Below, piece after piece: positions 22,790 to 31,842 of a stretch of DNA of 64,000 bases (position 1 is its first letter; every line of letters starts with the position of its first letter). Below the pieces are notes generated by a model that did not search any database, had not been told where the DNA came from, and saw only the letters and a list, made by a program, of their open reading frames with translations. This DNA comes from Spirochaetota bacterium (GTDB taxonomy: Bacteria; Spirochaetota; UBA4802; UBA5550), in the NCBI GenBank assembly GCA_963664815.2, contig CAXXHB010000003.1:1408001-1472000 (forward strand), given 5' to 3'. The translations under genes and the position numbers were made by a program.

Positions 22790-23785
22790 ATGATAAATCC
22801 TTTTAAATATTTCAGAAACAGAAAAGTAGGCCTTGCGCTTGGCAGCGGAGGTGCTAAAGGGTTATCTCATATCGCAGTGATAGAATACCTTGAGAATATG
22901 AATATCCCGATTGATATGATTTCCGGGTCAAGTATTGGCGCAGTAATAGGGGCTGTTTACCTGTGCGGTAACCTTAAAAAGCTTAAGGATGATATGCTGT
23001 CTTTTTCAAAGAAGGAGCTTCTCCGTATAGCCGATATTACTCTTCCGAAATCCGGACTCATCAAGGGTAATAATTTTGTACAGTTTCTGACCAGGTATAT
23101 ACCGGCTGACGCAAAAATCGAAAATCTGCCTAAACCTCTCGGAATTGTAGCAACAGATTATTTTACCGGGGAACCAATAATTTTCAGAAAAGGAAATATA
23201 CTCGAAGCTGTAAGAGCCAGTGTATCCATTCCGGGGGTTTTGGTACCCGCTACATACAAAAACACCTATCTTCTTGATGGTGGAGTGGCAAATCCCCTGC
23301 CTGTTGATGTAGTAAAAAAAATGGGTGCAGGATTGACCATTGCAGTAAATCTTCATCCGGGACTTAAAATTTCCAGAATAAAAAAATATGTAAAGAACAG
23401 TGCCGGAGTAATAGGAATTGACCTGTTCCCGGAAGAAATAAAGTTTGCCGATGATAAACATGGTGTTTCGGTTGATGATGATCAGAAGGGGCGAACAGGC
23501 TGGTTTAAAAATATTGATCAATGGCTTTCACGTGATAAGAGGGAAAAGGAGAAAGATCTTCCGCCAAGTATTTTTGAAGTTCTCTTCCAATCGATTGATA
23601 TTATGGAATTTGTAAATACAAGAAATATACTTAAATATCACACCCCGACTGTTTTAATAGAACCTGATCTGCTGCAGACCGGGACTCTCGATTTTCATGA
23701 TGCAAAAAATATTATGACTACCGGTTTTGCTGCGTCTGCTGATAAAAAATTTGAACTTTTACGAAAGATCAGAATATGGGTATAA
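22790..23785 (+). CDS. Patatin-like phospholipase (RssA/NTE family)
   Basis: LGSGGAKG, GSSIG nucleophile and LLDGGV motifs. Confidence 0.93.
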   Translation: MINPFKYFRNRKVGLALGSGGAKGLSHIAVIEYLENMNIPIDMISGSSIGAVIGAVYLCGNLKKLKDDMLSFSKKELLRIADITLPKSGLIKGNNFVQFLTRYIPADAKIENLPKPLGIVATDYFTGEPIIFRKGNILEAVRASVSIPGVLVPATYKNTYLLDGGVANPLPVDVVKKMGAGLTIAVNLHPGLKISRIKKYVKNSAGVIGIDLFPEEIKFADDKHGVSVDDDQKGRTGWFKNIDQWLSRDKREKEKDLPPSIFEVLFQSIDIMEFVNTRNILKYHTPTVLIEPDLLQTGTLDFHDAKNIMTTGFAASADKKFELLRKIRIWV

Positions 23786-23806
23786 ATAATTATTACAGGG
23801 AATGAC

Positions 23807-25435
23807 ATGAACAGAATAAAACTTTTTTTAAAAGATAATTATTACCTTGCAACTGCAGTTTTACTGTTTCTCTCTTTCCCGTCTTATGATTTTGCTTTTC
23901 TGAAACTATTTCCTGTGATTGCATGGTTTTCTCTTGTTCCGCTGTTCTGTTATGTTTCAGGTAAACCTCTGAAAGATGTTTTTTTTACCGCTTTTGTTAC
24001 CGGTCTTGCGGGTAATTTTCTGGCATATGGCTGGATAGGTAATTTCGGTGCGAAGGTGCAGGGGGGATTTATTGTAATTATTGTTTTTTTGATTCCGACT
24101 TTAACCGTTTTTTTTACAATCAAGATTATTCTATCAGAGTTCCTGTCTCAAAAATTTCCGGAATATAAGGTATTTATCTATCCGGCTGTCTGGATAATAA
24201 TTGATTATGTTCAGTCAATAGGTTTTCTCGCGTTCCCCTGGACCTATATCGGATACTCTCAGTATCCCTTTACATCGTTTATTCAGATTGCATCGGTAAC
24301 CGGAATACTTGGAGTGAATTTTATAATTATACTTTTTAACAAAGCATTTTCTGAATATATGCTTTCATTTAAGAATGGATTTAAAAGTGTAAAAGATATT
24401 TTGAGCAATTCTTATTCGATCAAATTTGCAGTGGTTCTTCTTCTCGTTATTGCTATAACGATATCCGGATTTTTCAGACTCTCATCGGTCACCAATAAAG
24501 AAAATGGTAAAAAACTGAAGGTTGTGCTTATACAGTCTTGTATATCTCCATGGGAGAACTGGTCGGGCAACAGATTCAGGTATCTTTCGGAGCTGATGCA
24601 CTACACAAGAGAATCACTCGCTACTGATCCGGACTTTATTATCTGGTCGGAATCTGCAACACTTGAACTGATTTCATTCAGGGCCGCCACGGGGGACAGG
24701 GATGGTTTTGATGAACAGCTTTTAAGTTTTATTAAAGATAACGGAAAACCTCTTCTTACCGGAGAAATCGGACTTACCGTCAGGCGTGACCGCGGTTTTT
24801 TTAAATATTCTCCCCAGAATAATGCGGTTCTGATCAGCGGAAATGGTGAAGTTGTACAGACCTATCCTAAAATAAATCTTGTTCCCTTCGGAGAGTGGTT
24901 CCCCTATGAGAAATGGTTTGCACCAGTAAAACGTCTTCTTGAAAGCTTCGGGGCATCTGAATTTGTACCGGGTAAAAAACCTGAGCTGTTTACAGTTGAC
25001 GGTTTAAGATTCGGATCACTTATCTGCTATGAGGGGATTTTTTTCAGGTTGTGCAGGGAATATGGTAATATGGGTGCCGACTTCCTCGTCAACATAACCA
25101 ATGACGGCTGGACTGATACTTACAACGGGCATTACCAGCACTATTCAGCCTCATTGTTCCGTGCTGTTGAAAACGGTATATGGGTGGCAAGGGCCGGTAA
25201 TACAGGGGTTACATCGTTAATTGATCCAAAGGGGAGAGTTACGGCTTCGCTTCCTATTCTTAAAAAAAATTTTCTGTCCGGTGAAATTGATACATCCCGT
25301 AATGTTAAAACATTTTATTCCAGGAACGGTGATCTTATACTGTATGTTTCAATATTATTTATTCTAATTTTCATTGCTATTGTTGTATTCAGGAAGTTTA
25401 ACATATTTTTAAGGGAAAAAAGTGCAAAGAAATAA
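23807..25435 (+). CDS. lnt: Apolipoprotein N-acyltransferase
   Basis: TM N-terminus with FPW; IWSES, YPKINLVPFGE, LICYE, NITNDGW and RAVENG motifs. Confidence 0.96.
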   Translation: MNRIKLFLKDNYYLATAVLLFLSFPSYDFAFLKLFPVIAWFSLVPLFCYVSGKPLKDVFFTAFVTGLAGNFLAYGWIGNFGAKVQGGFIVIIVFLIPTLTVFFTIKIILSEFLSQKFPEYKVFIYPAVWIIIDYVQSIGFLAFPWTYIGYSQYPFTSFIQIASVTGILGVNFIIILFNKAFSEYMLSFKNGFKSVKDILSNSYSIKFAVVLLLVIAITISGFFRLSSVTNKENGKKLKVVLIQSCISPWENWSGNRFRYLSELMHYTRESLATDPDFIIWSESATLELISFRAATGDRDGFDEQLLSFIKDNGKPLLTGEIGLTVRRDRGFFKYSPQNNAVLISGNGEVVQTYPKINLVPFGEWFPYEKWFAPVKRLLESFGASEFVPGKKPELFTVDGLRFGSLICYEGIFFRLCREYGNMGADFLVNITNDGWTDTYNGHYQHYSASLFRAVENGIWVARAGNTGVTSLIDPKGRVTASLPILKKNFLSGEIDTSRNVKTFYSRNGDLILYVSILFILIFIAIVVFRKFNIFLREKSAKK

Positions 25436-25818
25436 ATACCGTAATAGTTTAAAAAAGCATCATATTCTGAATGGATAAATAAAAGGCTTTACAAAAAAAA
25501 TCTCCCTTGTAATTTCTGCTGAAGTATTGTCAATCTTTTCGTTGATATAAAAATTTGAATTCCAGTCATGGAAGGAAGAAATTTGTGTATCAAAAAAAGA
25601 ATAAGAGCTGTTTAAGTCATGGTTTTTCTATGAATTTTCACTCTTCTGTTATCCGGAACAATATAACTTAAATAAAACGGATTGTATATTCTCAGAGTTT
25701 TTATATACCCGAACTGCGGTATAGGAGAAATGTCTGCCGGATGAACCGGTTTATTTCTGGTGTAAATAAATGTTTATTCAAACAATATAATGTATGAAAT
25801 AATTCAGGAGGTTCTTAA

Positions 25819-27930
25819 ATGTTGAAGGAGTATAAAACTGGTGAAATCAGAAACGTAGCAATAATCGGACATGGAGGAACAGGAAAATCAACACTGCTTG
25901 ATGCGATGCTTTTTGTAAGCGGGCAGATCGATAAAATGGGTAATGTTGACAATGGTACTCTGGTTTCGGATTTTGATGATGATGAAAAGGAAAAGAAAAT
26001 TTCAATAAAAGCATCTCTCGGTTTCGTGGAATTTGAAGATGTGAAGGTTAATATAATAGATACTCCCGGAACAGCGGATTTTGTCGGAGAGGCGCGCTCT
26101 GCACTTCAGGCGGTTGAAACAGCGATTCTAGTTGTGGATTCTGTTGATGGTGTTCAGATTGAAACCGAGAAAGCATGGAGATATCTTGCCGAAAATAACA
26201 TTCCAAGAATTATTTTTGTAAACAAGATGGATAAAGAGAGAGCCAGTTATGATAAAGTAATTGAAAATATTAAAACGAGTCTTGGCGTAAATGTCGCTTC
26301 TCTCTGCATTCCAAATGGCGAAGGCGAGTCTTTCAAGGGTGTAGTTGATACGATACAGATGAAGCTGTATACACCCAAAGGTGATGGCAGGGATGTAACA
26401 ATCGGTGAAATACCTGCAGACATGAAAGAACTGGTTGAGCTTGAAAGAATGAACCTTATCGAACTTGGCGCAGAAGGATCAGATGAGCTGATCGAAAAAT
26501 TTTTAAGCGGCGAGCAGTTGACTGATGAAGAGATAAGGTTCGGGATCAGGACCCAGCTCTCTGCAGGCAAATTGACACCGGTAATTTGCGGTTCATCCTT
26601 AAAAGTAATAGGGATTAAAAACCTTGTCAGGGTAATAAAAAATTATACACCTCCTCCACAGACCGGAAAAGAATTCAAGGGGCATGACCAGGTTCATTCT
26701 GATAAAGAAATAATTGTAAAAATGGATGATTCGGGAGTATTCAGCGCGGTTGTATGGAAAACGGCAATTGACCAGTATGCAGGAAGGTTCAATTATGTGA
26801 AGGTGATTTCCGGTCAGCTTAACCCTGAAACTGAGGTACTTAATTCGACAAAAAATATCAAAGAGAGAGCCACCAAGCTTTATACGATGATAGGTCATAA
26901 ACAGGTTGATATTCCGAAAATAAATGCCGGAGATATCGGTGTTCTCGTTAAACTTGATAAAACAACAACTCTTGATACTCTTTGTGATCCAAAAACCTCT
27001 GTTGTTCTTCCTATAATAAAACTTCCACAGCCGGTATTCTCTTTTGGTATTGAGGCCGCGAAAAGGGGAGAAGAGGATAAGATAGGCCAGTTCCTTAACA
27101 AAATGGCTGAAGAAAATCCTACAATAAAATATGGATTCGATGCATCGACTTCCGAGTCTGTTCTGTCCGGTATGGGTGAGATGCAGCTTAATATTATTCT
27201 TAAAAACCTGAAAGAAAAACTGAAACTGGATGTTAATACAAAAATACCCCGTGTAGCATATAAAGAGACAATTACTAAAAAAGCTGAAGCCCAGTATAAA
27301 CATAAAAAGCAGTCAGGAGGCCATGGTCAGTACGGCGAGGTTCATATCCGCATTAAACCGCTTGAAAGAGGTAAAGGCTTTGAGTTTGTTGACAGTATCG
27401 TTGGAGGAGTTGTTCCGAAGCAGTATATACCGGCAGTTGAAAAAGGTCTAAGGGAAGGTCTGGAGGAAGGGGTTCTTGCAAAATATCATGTTGAAGATGT
27501 ATGGACTGAACTGTTTTATGGTTCTTATCATGATGTAGATTCTTCAGAAATGGCATTTAAAATCGCTTCAAGAACTGCTTTTAAAATGGCAATGGAACAG
27601 GCCGGGCCGCAGATTCTTGAACCTATAATGAATGTCAAGATTATGGCAGATAAGGAATTTATGGGTGATATAATGAGCGATATAACAAGCAGGAGGGGGC
27701 GTGTTCTCGGAATGGACAGCAACGAAGGTTCAGTTAGCAATATCCAGATAGTTAAAGCTCAGGTTCCCCAGGCTGAGATGCTCAGATACAGCACTGATTT
27801 GAGAGCAATGACAAGCGGGAAAGCAACATTTGAAATGGAATTCTCTCATTATGATCCGATAACCGGCAGAGATGCTGATAAAATTATCGAGGAAAGGAAG
27901 AAATTTCTGGAAGACGAGGCCAATAAATAA
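25819..27930 (+). CDS. fusA2: Elongation factor G paralog (EF-G II type)
   Basis: Full five-domain EF-G (KKQSGGHGQYG, GSYHDVDSSEMAF) with divergent G motifs GHGGTGKST, KKISI and DTPGT; not in an str operon. Confidence 0.9.
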   Translation: MLKEYKTGEIRNVAIIGHGGTGKSTLLDAMLFVSGQIDKMGNVDNGTLVSDFDDDEKEKKISIKASLGFVEFEDVKVNIIDTPGTADFVGEARSALQAVETAILVVDSVDGVQIETEKAWRYLAENNIPRIIFVNKMDKERASYDKVIENIKTSLGVNVASLCIPNGEGESFKGVVDTIQMKLYTPKGDGRDVTIGEIPADMKELVELERMNLIELGAEGSDELIEKFLSGEQLTDEEIRFGIRTQLSAGKLTPVICGSSLKVIGIKNLVRVIKNYTPPPQTGKEFKGHDQVHSDKEIIVKMDDSGVFSAVVWKTAIDQYAGRFNYVKVISGQLNPETEVLNSTKNIKERATKLYTMIGHKQVDIPKINAGDIGVLVKLDKTTTLDTLCDPKTSVVLPIIKLPQPVFSFGIEAAKRGEEDKIGQFLNKMAEENPTIKYGFDASTSESVLSGMGEMQLNIILKNLKEKLKLDVNTKIPRVAYKETITKKAEAQYKHKKQSGGHGQYGEVHIRIKPLERGKGFEFVDSIVGGVVPKQYIPAVEKGLREGLEEGVLAKYHVEDVWTELFYGSYHDVDSSEMAFKIASRTAFKMAMEQAGPQILEPIMNVKIMADKEFMGDIMSDITSRRGRVLGMDSNEGSVSNIQIVKAQVPQAEMLRYSTDLRAMTSGKATFEMEFSHYDPITGRDADKIIEERKKFLEDEANK

Positions 27931-27944
27931 AAATAATTATTATT

Positions 27945-27980
27945 ATATAATGATGGTGCTGTGCAGCACCATCATTATAT
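27945..27980 (+). terminator. Stem-loop after the EF-G paralog
   Basis: atataatgatggtgctg-tg-cagcaccatcattatat. Confidence 0.7.
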
Positions 27981-28113
27981 TTGATACATGATTGTTTGTT
28001 TATGTAACATTTTTCTTCAAAATATACACATTAAATAATTACAGAGAGAAAACCTGATACAAAGTAATTTATAATTTGAGATATTCAAATAAACTAAAGT
28101 ATGAAATTTAACT

Positions 28114-29001
28114 GTGACTGATAGATATAAAATAAATTTGTCCCTCCTCCTGGTAATATCTTTTTTTCTTCATGTAGTATTCATGGCCGCGTTTTTTTTA
28201 CCTGATTCATATGGGCTTGCTTCCTCTTATAAAAATAAAAAAAAGAATAATTCGCTCTTTTCCGGCAGAGATATTATTGTAAACATGAACCAGGATGACA
28301 GGCGATCCCCGGATAAACGGACTTTACTTTCTGACAGGGATTCAACATCCCGAGGCTTTATAACCAGTGAGAAGGGGGATAGATGGCTGAACAATTCACT
28401 TGAATTCAGATTAAGAAAAGGAATGAAAAAACAGAGTTCCAGTCAGTCAGGTTCATCAACCGGTGAGAAAACACAATTATCGGATAAAGAATCCGGTGTA
28501 AATTTAACGGTATATAAGCGTGGAAGTTCAGCAAGAAGAGGGAGCGACGGCATGTTCAATGATGTAGCTATTCCGGACAGAAACAACATCACGATGAAAA
28601 ATGCAATTTTCTACAGTAACAGCGGTATTTTTTCATTCAATACTGCAAAGTTTAAAAACTTCAGCTTCTTCAAAAGTATGAAAGACAAAATAGCTTCAAA
28701 CTGGTATCCCCCGCTACTTGCAAATGCTGTAATAGGCGGATATAATCCCTTATCTGGAAGCTATACTCCGGGAAATATGAGAATTATGGCAATACCGGCG
28801 CAGAAGGTTAAACTGTATTTCATTATGAACCGTAATGGTGATATCCAGAAAGTTGATATTGTAGATTCTTACGGAAATAAACCGCTGGATGACTCATGTC
28901 TTGATGCGGTCAGATTATCAAAGAGTTTCGGGAAAGTTCCCGATGATATAAAAGGGGAGTTTATACTTATCCCTTTTATATTCGGGTATTATTCAAATTA
29001 A
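28114..29001 (+). CDS. TonB/TolA C-terminal domain protein
   Basis: N-terminal TM with SxxxH; KDKIASNWYPP and VDSYGNKPLDDSCLDAV motifs. Confidence 0.8.
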   Translation: MTDRYKINLSLLLVISFFLHVVFMAAFFLPDSYGLASSYKNKKKNNSLFSGRDIIVNMNQDDRRSPDKRTLLSDRDSTSRGFITSEKGDRWLNNSLEFRLRKGMKKQSSSQSGSSTGEKTQLSDKESGVNLTVYKRGSSARRGSDGMFNDVAIPDRNNITMKNAIFYSNSGIFSFNTAKFKNFSFFKSMKDKIASNWYPPLLANAVIGGYNPLSGSYTPGNMRIMAIPAQKVKLYFIMNRNGDIQKVDIVDSYGNKPLDDSCLDAVRLSKSFGKVPDDIKGEFILIPFIFGYYSN

Positions 29002-29028
29002 TCTTAAAGTCCTTTGTTTTCTGTTTTG

Positions 29029-31329
29029 TTAAAAAATTTTCAGATCCTTAAGAGTCATATTCTCAAGTACCTTGTCCCTTCCGGAATTTATTTTTTCGAA
29101 CAAATTCAAAATATTTCCCTTTGATGCGTTCTTTCTGAATGAGGCGGGCACCTCTATCTGGGCTTCATTAATAAGGTTAAACAACTCAGCCAGTTTTATA
29201 TTCTCTGATGATTTTGCCGGCATTAATGGCCCTTTCTGTTCTCTGTAAATAAATCCTTTATCAACAAACAGCTTGATGAAGTAATCGAGATCTATGGAGT
29301 TGTGAGAAACTTTTTTCAGGAGTTCGGCATATGTAGTATCTCCTTTCCCGGCTTCGAATTTTGTGTAAATATGCTGAATGGCAACCAGCCCGTAAAAGAT
29401 ATTCATCTTCCTGCTTTCTTCAAATGTGTTTTTAAGACTGGAGTATGTTTCAGGGTGCATAAGAGTATAAGATACCTCAGCTCCGTAAAGAATGATGAGG
29501 GATGATGCATATATCATCAAAAGGAAAATAGGGATCGATGCAAGTGCTCCGTAAATTGCAAATGTACCTGTGGCAAATGCTTTTACATATATGATGAAAA
29601 GAAGAATAAATATTACCCATACTGTACCGGTAAATGCAGCTCCAATTGAAGCATATTTAAATGGTACTTTTGTATTTGGAGTCGTTGAGTAGGCCATAAG
29701 GAAAAGGAGCCAGATGAAGAGGAATGGGGCAAGAAAATTTATTATCATTGCAAAAGCGCTTTTTCCGGATTCTCCTTTCCATGTTTTACCGTTATCTGTT
29801 GATTTCTGTATAGTGCCTCCGTTTCCGACAGCCCACAGAGCTCCGGTAGCCTGGAGCAGCCTGTTTATCTTATATGCGGGTAGGGTATCGCTTTTCCAGC
29901 TAATACCTCCGTTTACTGTGTGAATAAGTATTCCGTTTTCACCGGCAATTAAACCTTCATTTTTATTCAGAAAGAGTACGGTATAATAGTTGTATTCCTT
30001 GAATTTCCCCTGCTGCCATGTGTCGCCTCCATCAGTGGTATGGAGTATTATGCCATCATTGCCTGCAATCCATATATCATTTTTATTGACAAAAGATACG
30101 GTGTTCAGATCAACGAGTTTGTTTTTCCTTTTGGATTCATTTATTGTTTTTATTGTCCAGGTCAAACCTGCATCTTCTGTAAGATATATACGGCCTTTTG
30201 TTCCTGTTGCAATACCTCGATTTTCAAAGAAAGCTATGTTCCTGAAATTCAGGGTTACATCCTTTGTATCTATAGCCCTCCAGTCTCTTCCCCCCGATTC
30301 TGTAGCGAGAATTATACCTCCATCTGCAGCGATAAAGCCGAGGCGGTTATTAATCATATAAATATTGTTAAGACTGAAGTCTCCCCATTTTGATATTGAC
30401 CAGTTCTTGCCTTTATCACGGGAGTGAAGTATAAGGCCTTTACCTGATATTGCCCACCCTTCTTCATTGATAAATTTAATATCATTGAAAGTCTCTTTCA
30501 TCAGCGACAGATGGTCGAGTCGGGAGTCATCTTCTGAAAAAGTATTGTCTGAAAAACTGTAGGTGTATATTCTCTGGTTTTCATAATCGAAATTCCATTC
30601 TTCGCCGGAAGTGAAATTTGTTTTGTCCACAGGGCTCTGAATTATAGAGCCCTTGTTGCCGACAACCCATATTTTATTATCTTCGATGAATGCTGAATTG
30701 TAATTTGCTGATGAAAAAACATCAGTCATCTTTGTAGCCACAGTCATACCTGCTATAAGCATTAACGGACCGAGAGTAAGAGCAGCCCAGTAGTACATGA
30801 TTTTCTGGAACAGTGTTCTACCCTGTTTTACTTTCCATATTTCGTTAAGTGATTTTTCCAATGTACGCAGGGTGGCTGTTGCGGTAAAGAATACGATTAC
30901 AGCACCAATTCCCCCTATCTTGCCGGCATTATCAATGAGTCCAGATATTGCTTCAAAAACCGGATCTATATTAAGCTTTATACTGTGTTCGACCATGAAG
31001 AGGGACATTTCCCTGAAAAGGTCCTCTTTTTTATTTTCCACCCCTGAAAAAATTGACAGAAATGTCAGAAAAACAGTCAGCAAAGGTATCAGTGAAGTAA
31101 CAGCTGCATATGCTATTGCAGATGCTTTTGTTAAACAGTCATCAATCATGAATTTTCTTGTGGCGACAATAAACACTTTTACTGTTGTTACAATTCTGTT
31201 ATAGACAGTGCTTTCAAAGGAGTATCCTTCATAAATCTGTTTACCTATAGTAACAATTCTCTGTATCAATGGAGTTTTATTTTTTACATCATTTTTAGCC
31301 TTTTTAAGGATCTTACTGAATGGGAACAT
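29029..31329 (-). CDS. YihY/BrkB family membrane protein with an inserted YCF48-like BNR propeller and C-terminal wHTH-like region
   Basis: KASAIAY..SLIP and IYGALASIPIFLL YihY motifs flank many T.DGG.TW Asp-box repeats. Confidence 0.88.
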   Translation of the reverse strand: MFPFSKILKKAKNDVKNKTPLIQRIVTIGKQIYEGYSFESTVYNRIVTTVKVFIVATRKFMIDDCLTKASAIAYAAVTSLIPLLTVFLTFLSIFSGVENKKEDLFREMSLFMVEHSIKLNIDPVFEAISGLIDNAGKIGGIGAVIVFFTATATLRTLEKSLNEIWKVKQGRTLFQKIMYYWAALTLGPLMLIAGMTVATKMTDVFSSANYNSAFIEDNKIWVVGNKGSIIQSPVDKTNFTSGEEWNFDYENQRIYTYSFSDNTFSEDDSRLDHLSLMKETFNDIKFINEEGWAISGKGLILHSRDKGKNWSISKWGDFSLNNIYMINNRLGFIAADGGIILATESGGRDWRAIDTKDVTLNFRNIAFFENRGIATGTKGRIYLTEDAGLTWTIKTINESKRKNKLVDLNTVSFVNKNDIWIAGNDGIILHTTDGGDTWQQGKFKEYNYYTVLFLNKNEGLIAGENGILIHTVNGGISWKSDTLPAYKINRLLQATGALWAVGNGGTIQKSTDNGKTWKGESGKSAFAMIINFLAPFLFIWLLFLMAYSTTPNTKVPFKYASIGAAFTGTVWVIFILLFIIYVKAFATGTFAIYGALASIPIFLLMIYASSLIILYGAEVSYTLMHPETYSSLKNTFEESRKMNIFYGLVAIQHIYTKFEAGKGDTTYAELLKKVSHNSIDLDYFIKLFVDKGFIYREQKGPLMPAKSSENIKLAELFNLINEAQIEVPASFRKNASKGNILNLFEKINSGRDKVLENMTLKDLKIF

Positions 31330-31509
31330 CTCCGTTTCTCCATGGTGTAGTTTTATTGCCGCAGGAAATACTGCGGATTTAAGGGTGTTTTCTATATATT
31401 AAAAGTCAGTAATAAATATTTTTATAAATATGATCCTTTTATATATCATTGTCAAGTTTTTATTAAAAAGATTACTGCATCGTTTGAGGATTTATCTGTT
31501 ACATAAATG

Positions 31510-31561
31510 TTTTTTTAACGGTTCAGAAATACAATATTGTATTTCTGAACCGTTAAAAAAA
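31510..31561. repeat. Perfect 52-bp palindrome upstream of the amtB promoter
   Basis: tttttttaacggttcagaaatacaat|attgtatttctgaaccgttaaaaaaa with no loop. Confidence 0.9.
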
Positions 31562-31711
31562 ACTGATTCTGCATTTTATCTTCAGGTCTAAGTTAATCAA
31601 TGCCTCCTGAACTCTTAATATAATCAGTCAATACCACACGATTAACATAAAAAGCACTTCAATGTTAATTTCATGTTAACAAATCTGCATCGAGTTAATT
31701 TGACTGAATAT

Positions 31712-31728
31712 TTGGCACGCAATATGCT
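31712..31728 (+). promoter_or_regulatory. sigma54 (-24/-12) promoter
   Basis: TTGGCACGCAATATGCT, with GG 31714-15 and GC 31726-27 spaced by 10 nt. Confidence 0.85.
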
Positions 31729-31761
31729 TTTAGAATAAGTAGATTAAAAAAGGAGGAATTT

Positions 31762-31842
31762 ATGCGATCGCTATCAGGATTGCCTGAAAATTCAAATAAT
31801 AGACTGCTTATTAAGGCAGATGTCAGAGAGGTAAAAGTATGA
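31762..31842 (+). CDS. 26-aa upstream ORF coupled to amtB
   Basis: aaggagg RBS; MRSLSGLPENSNNRLLIKADVREVKV*; its TGA overlaps the amtB ATG (ATGA). Confidence 0.5.
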   Translation: MRSLSGLPENSNNRLLIKADVREVKV

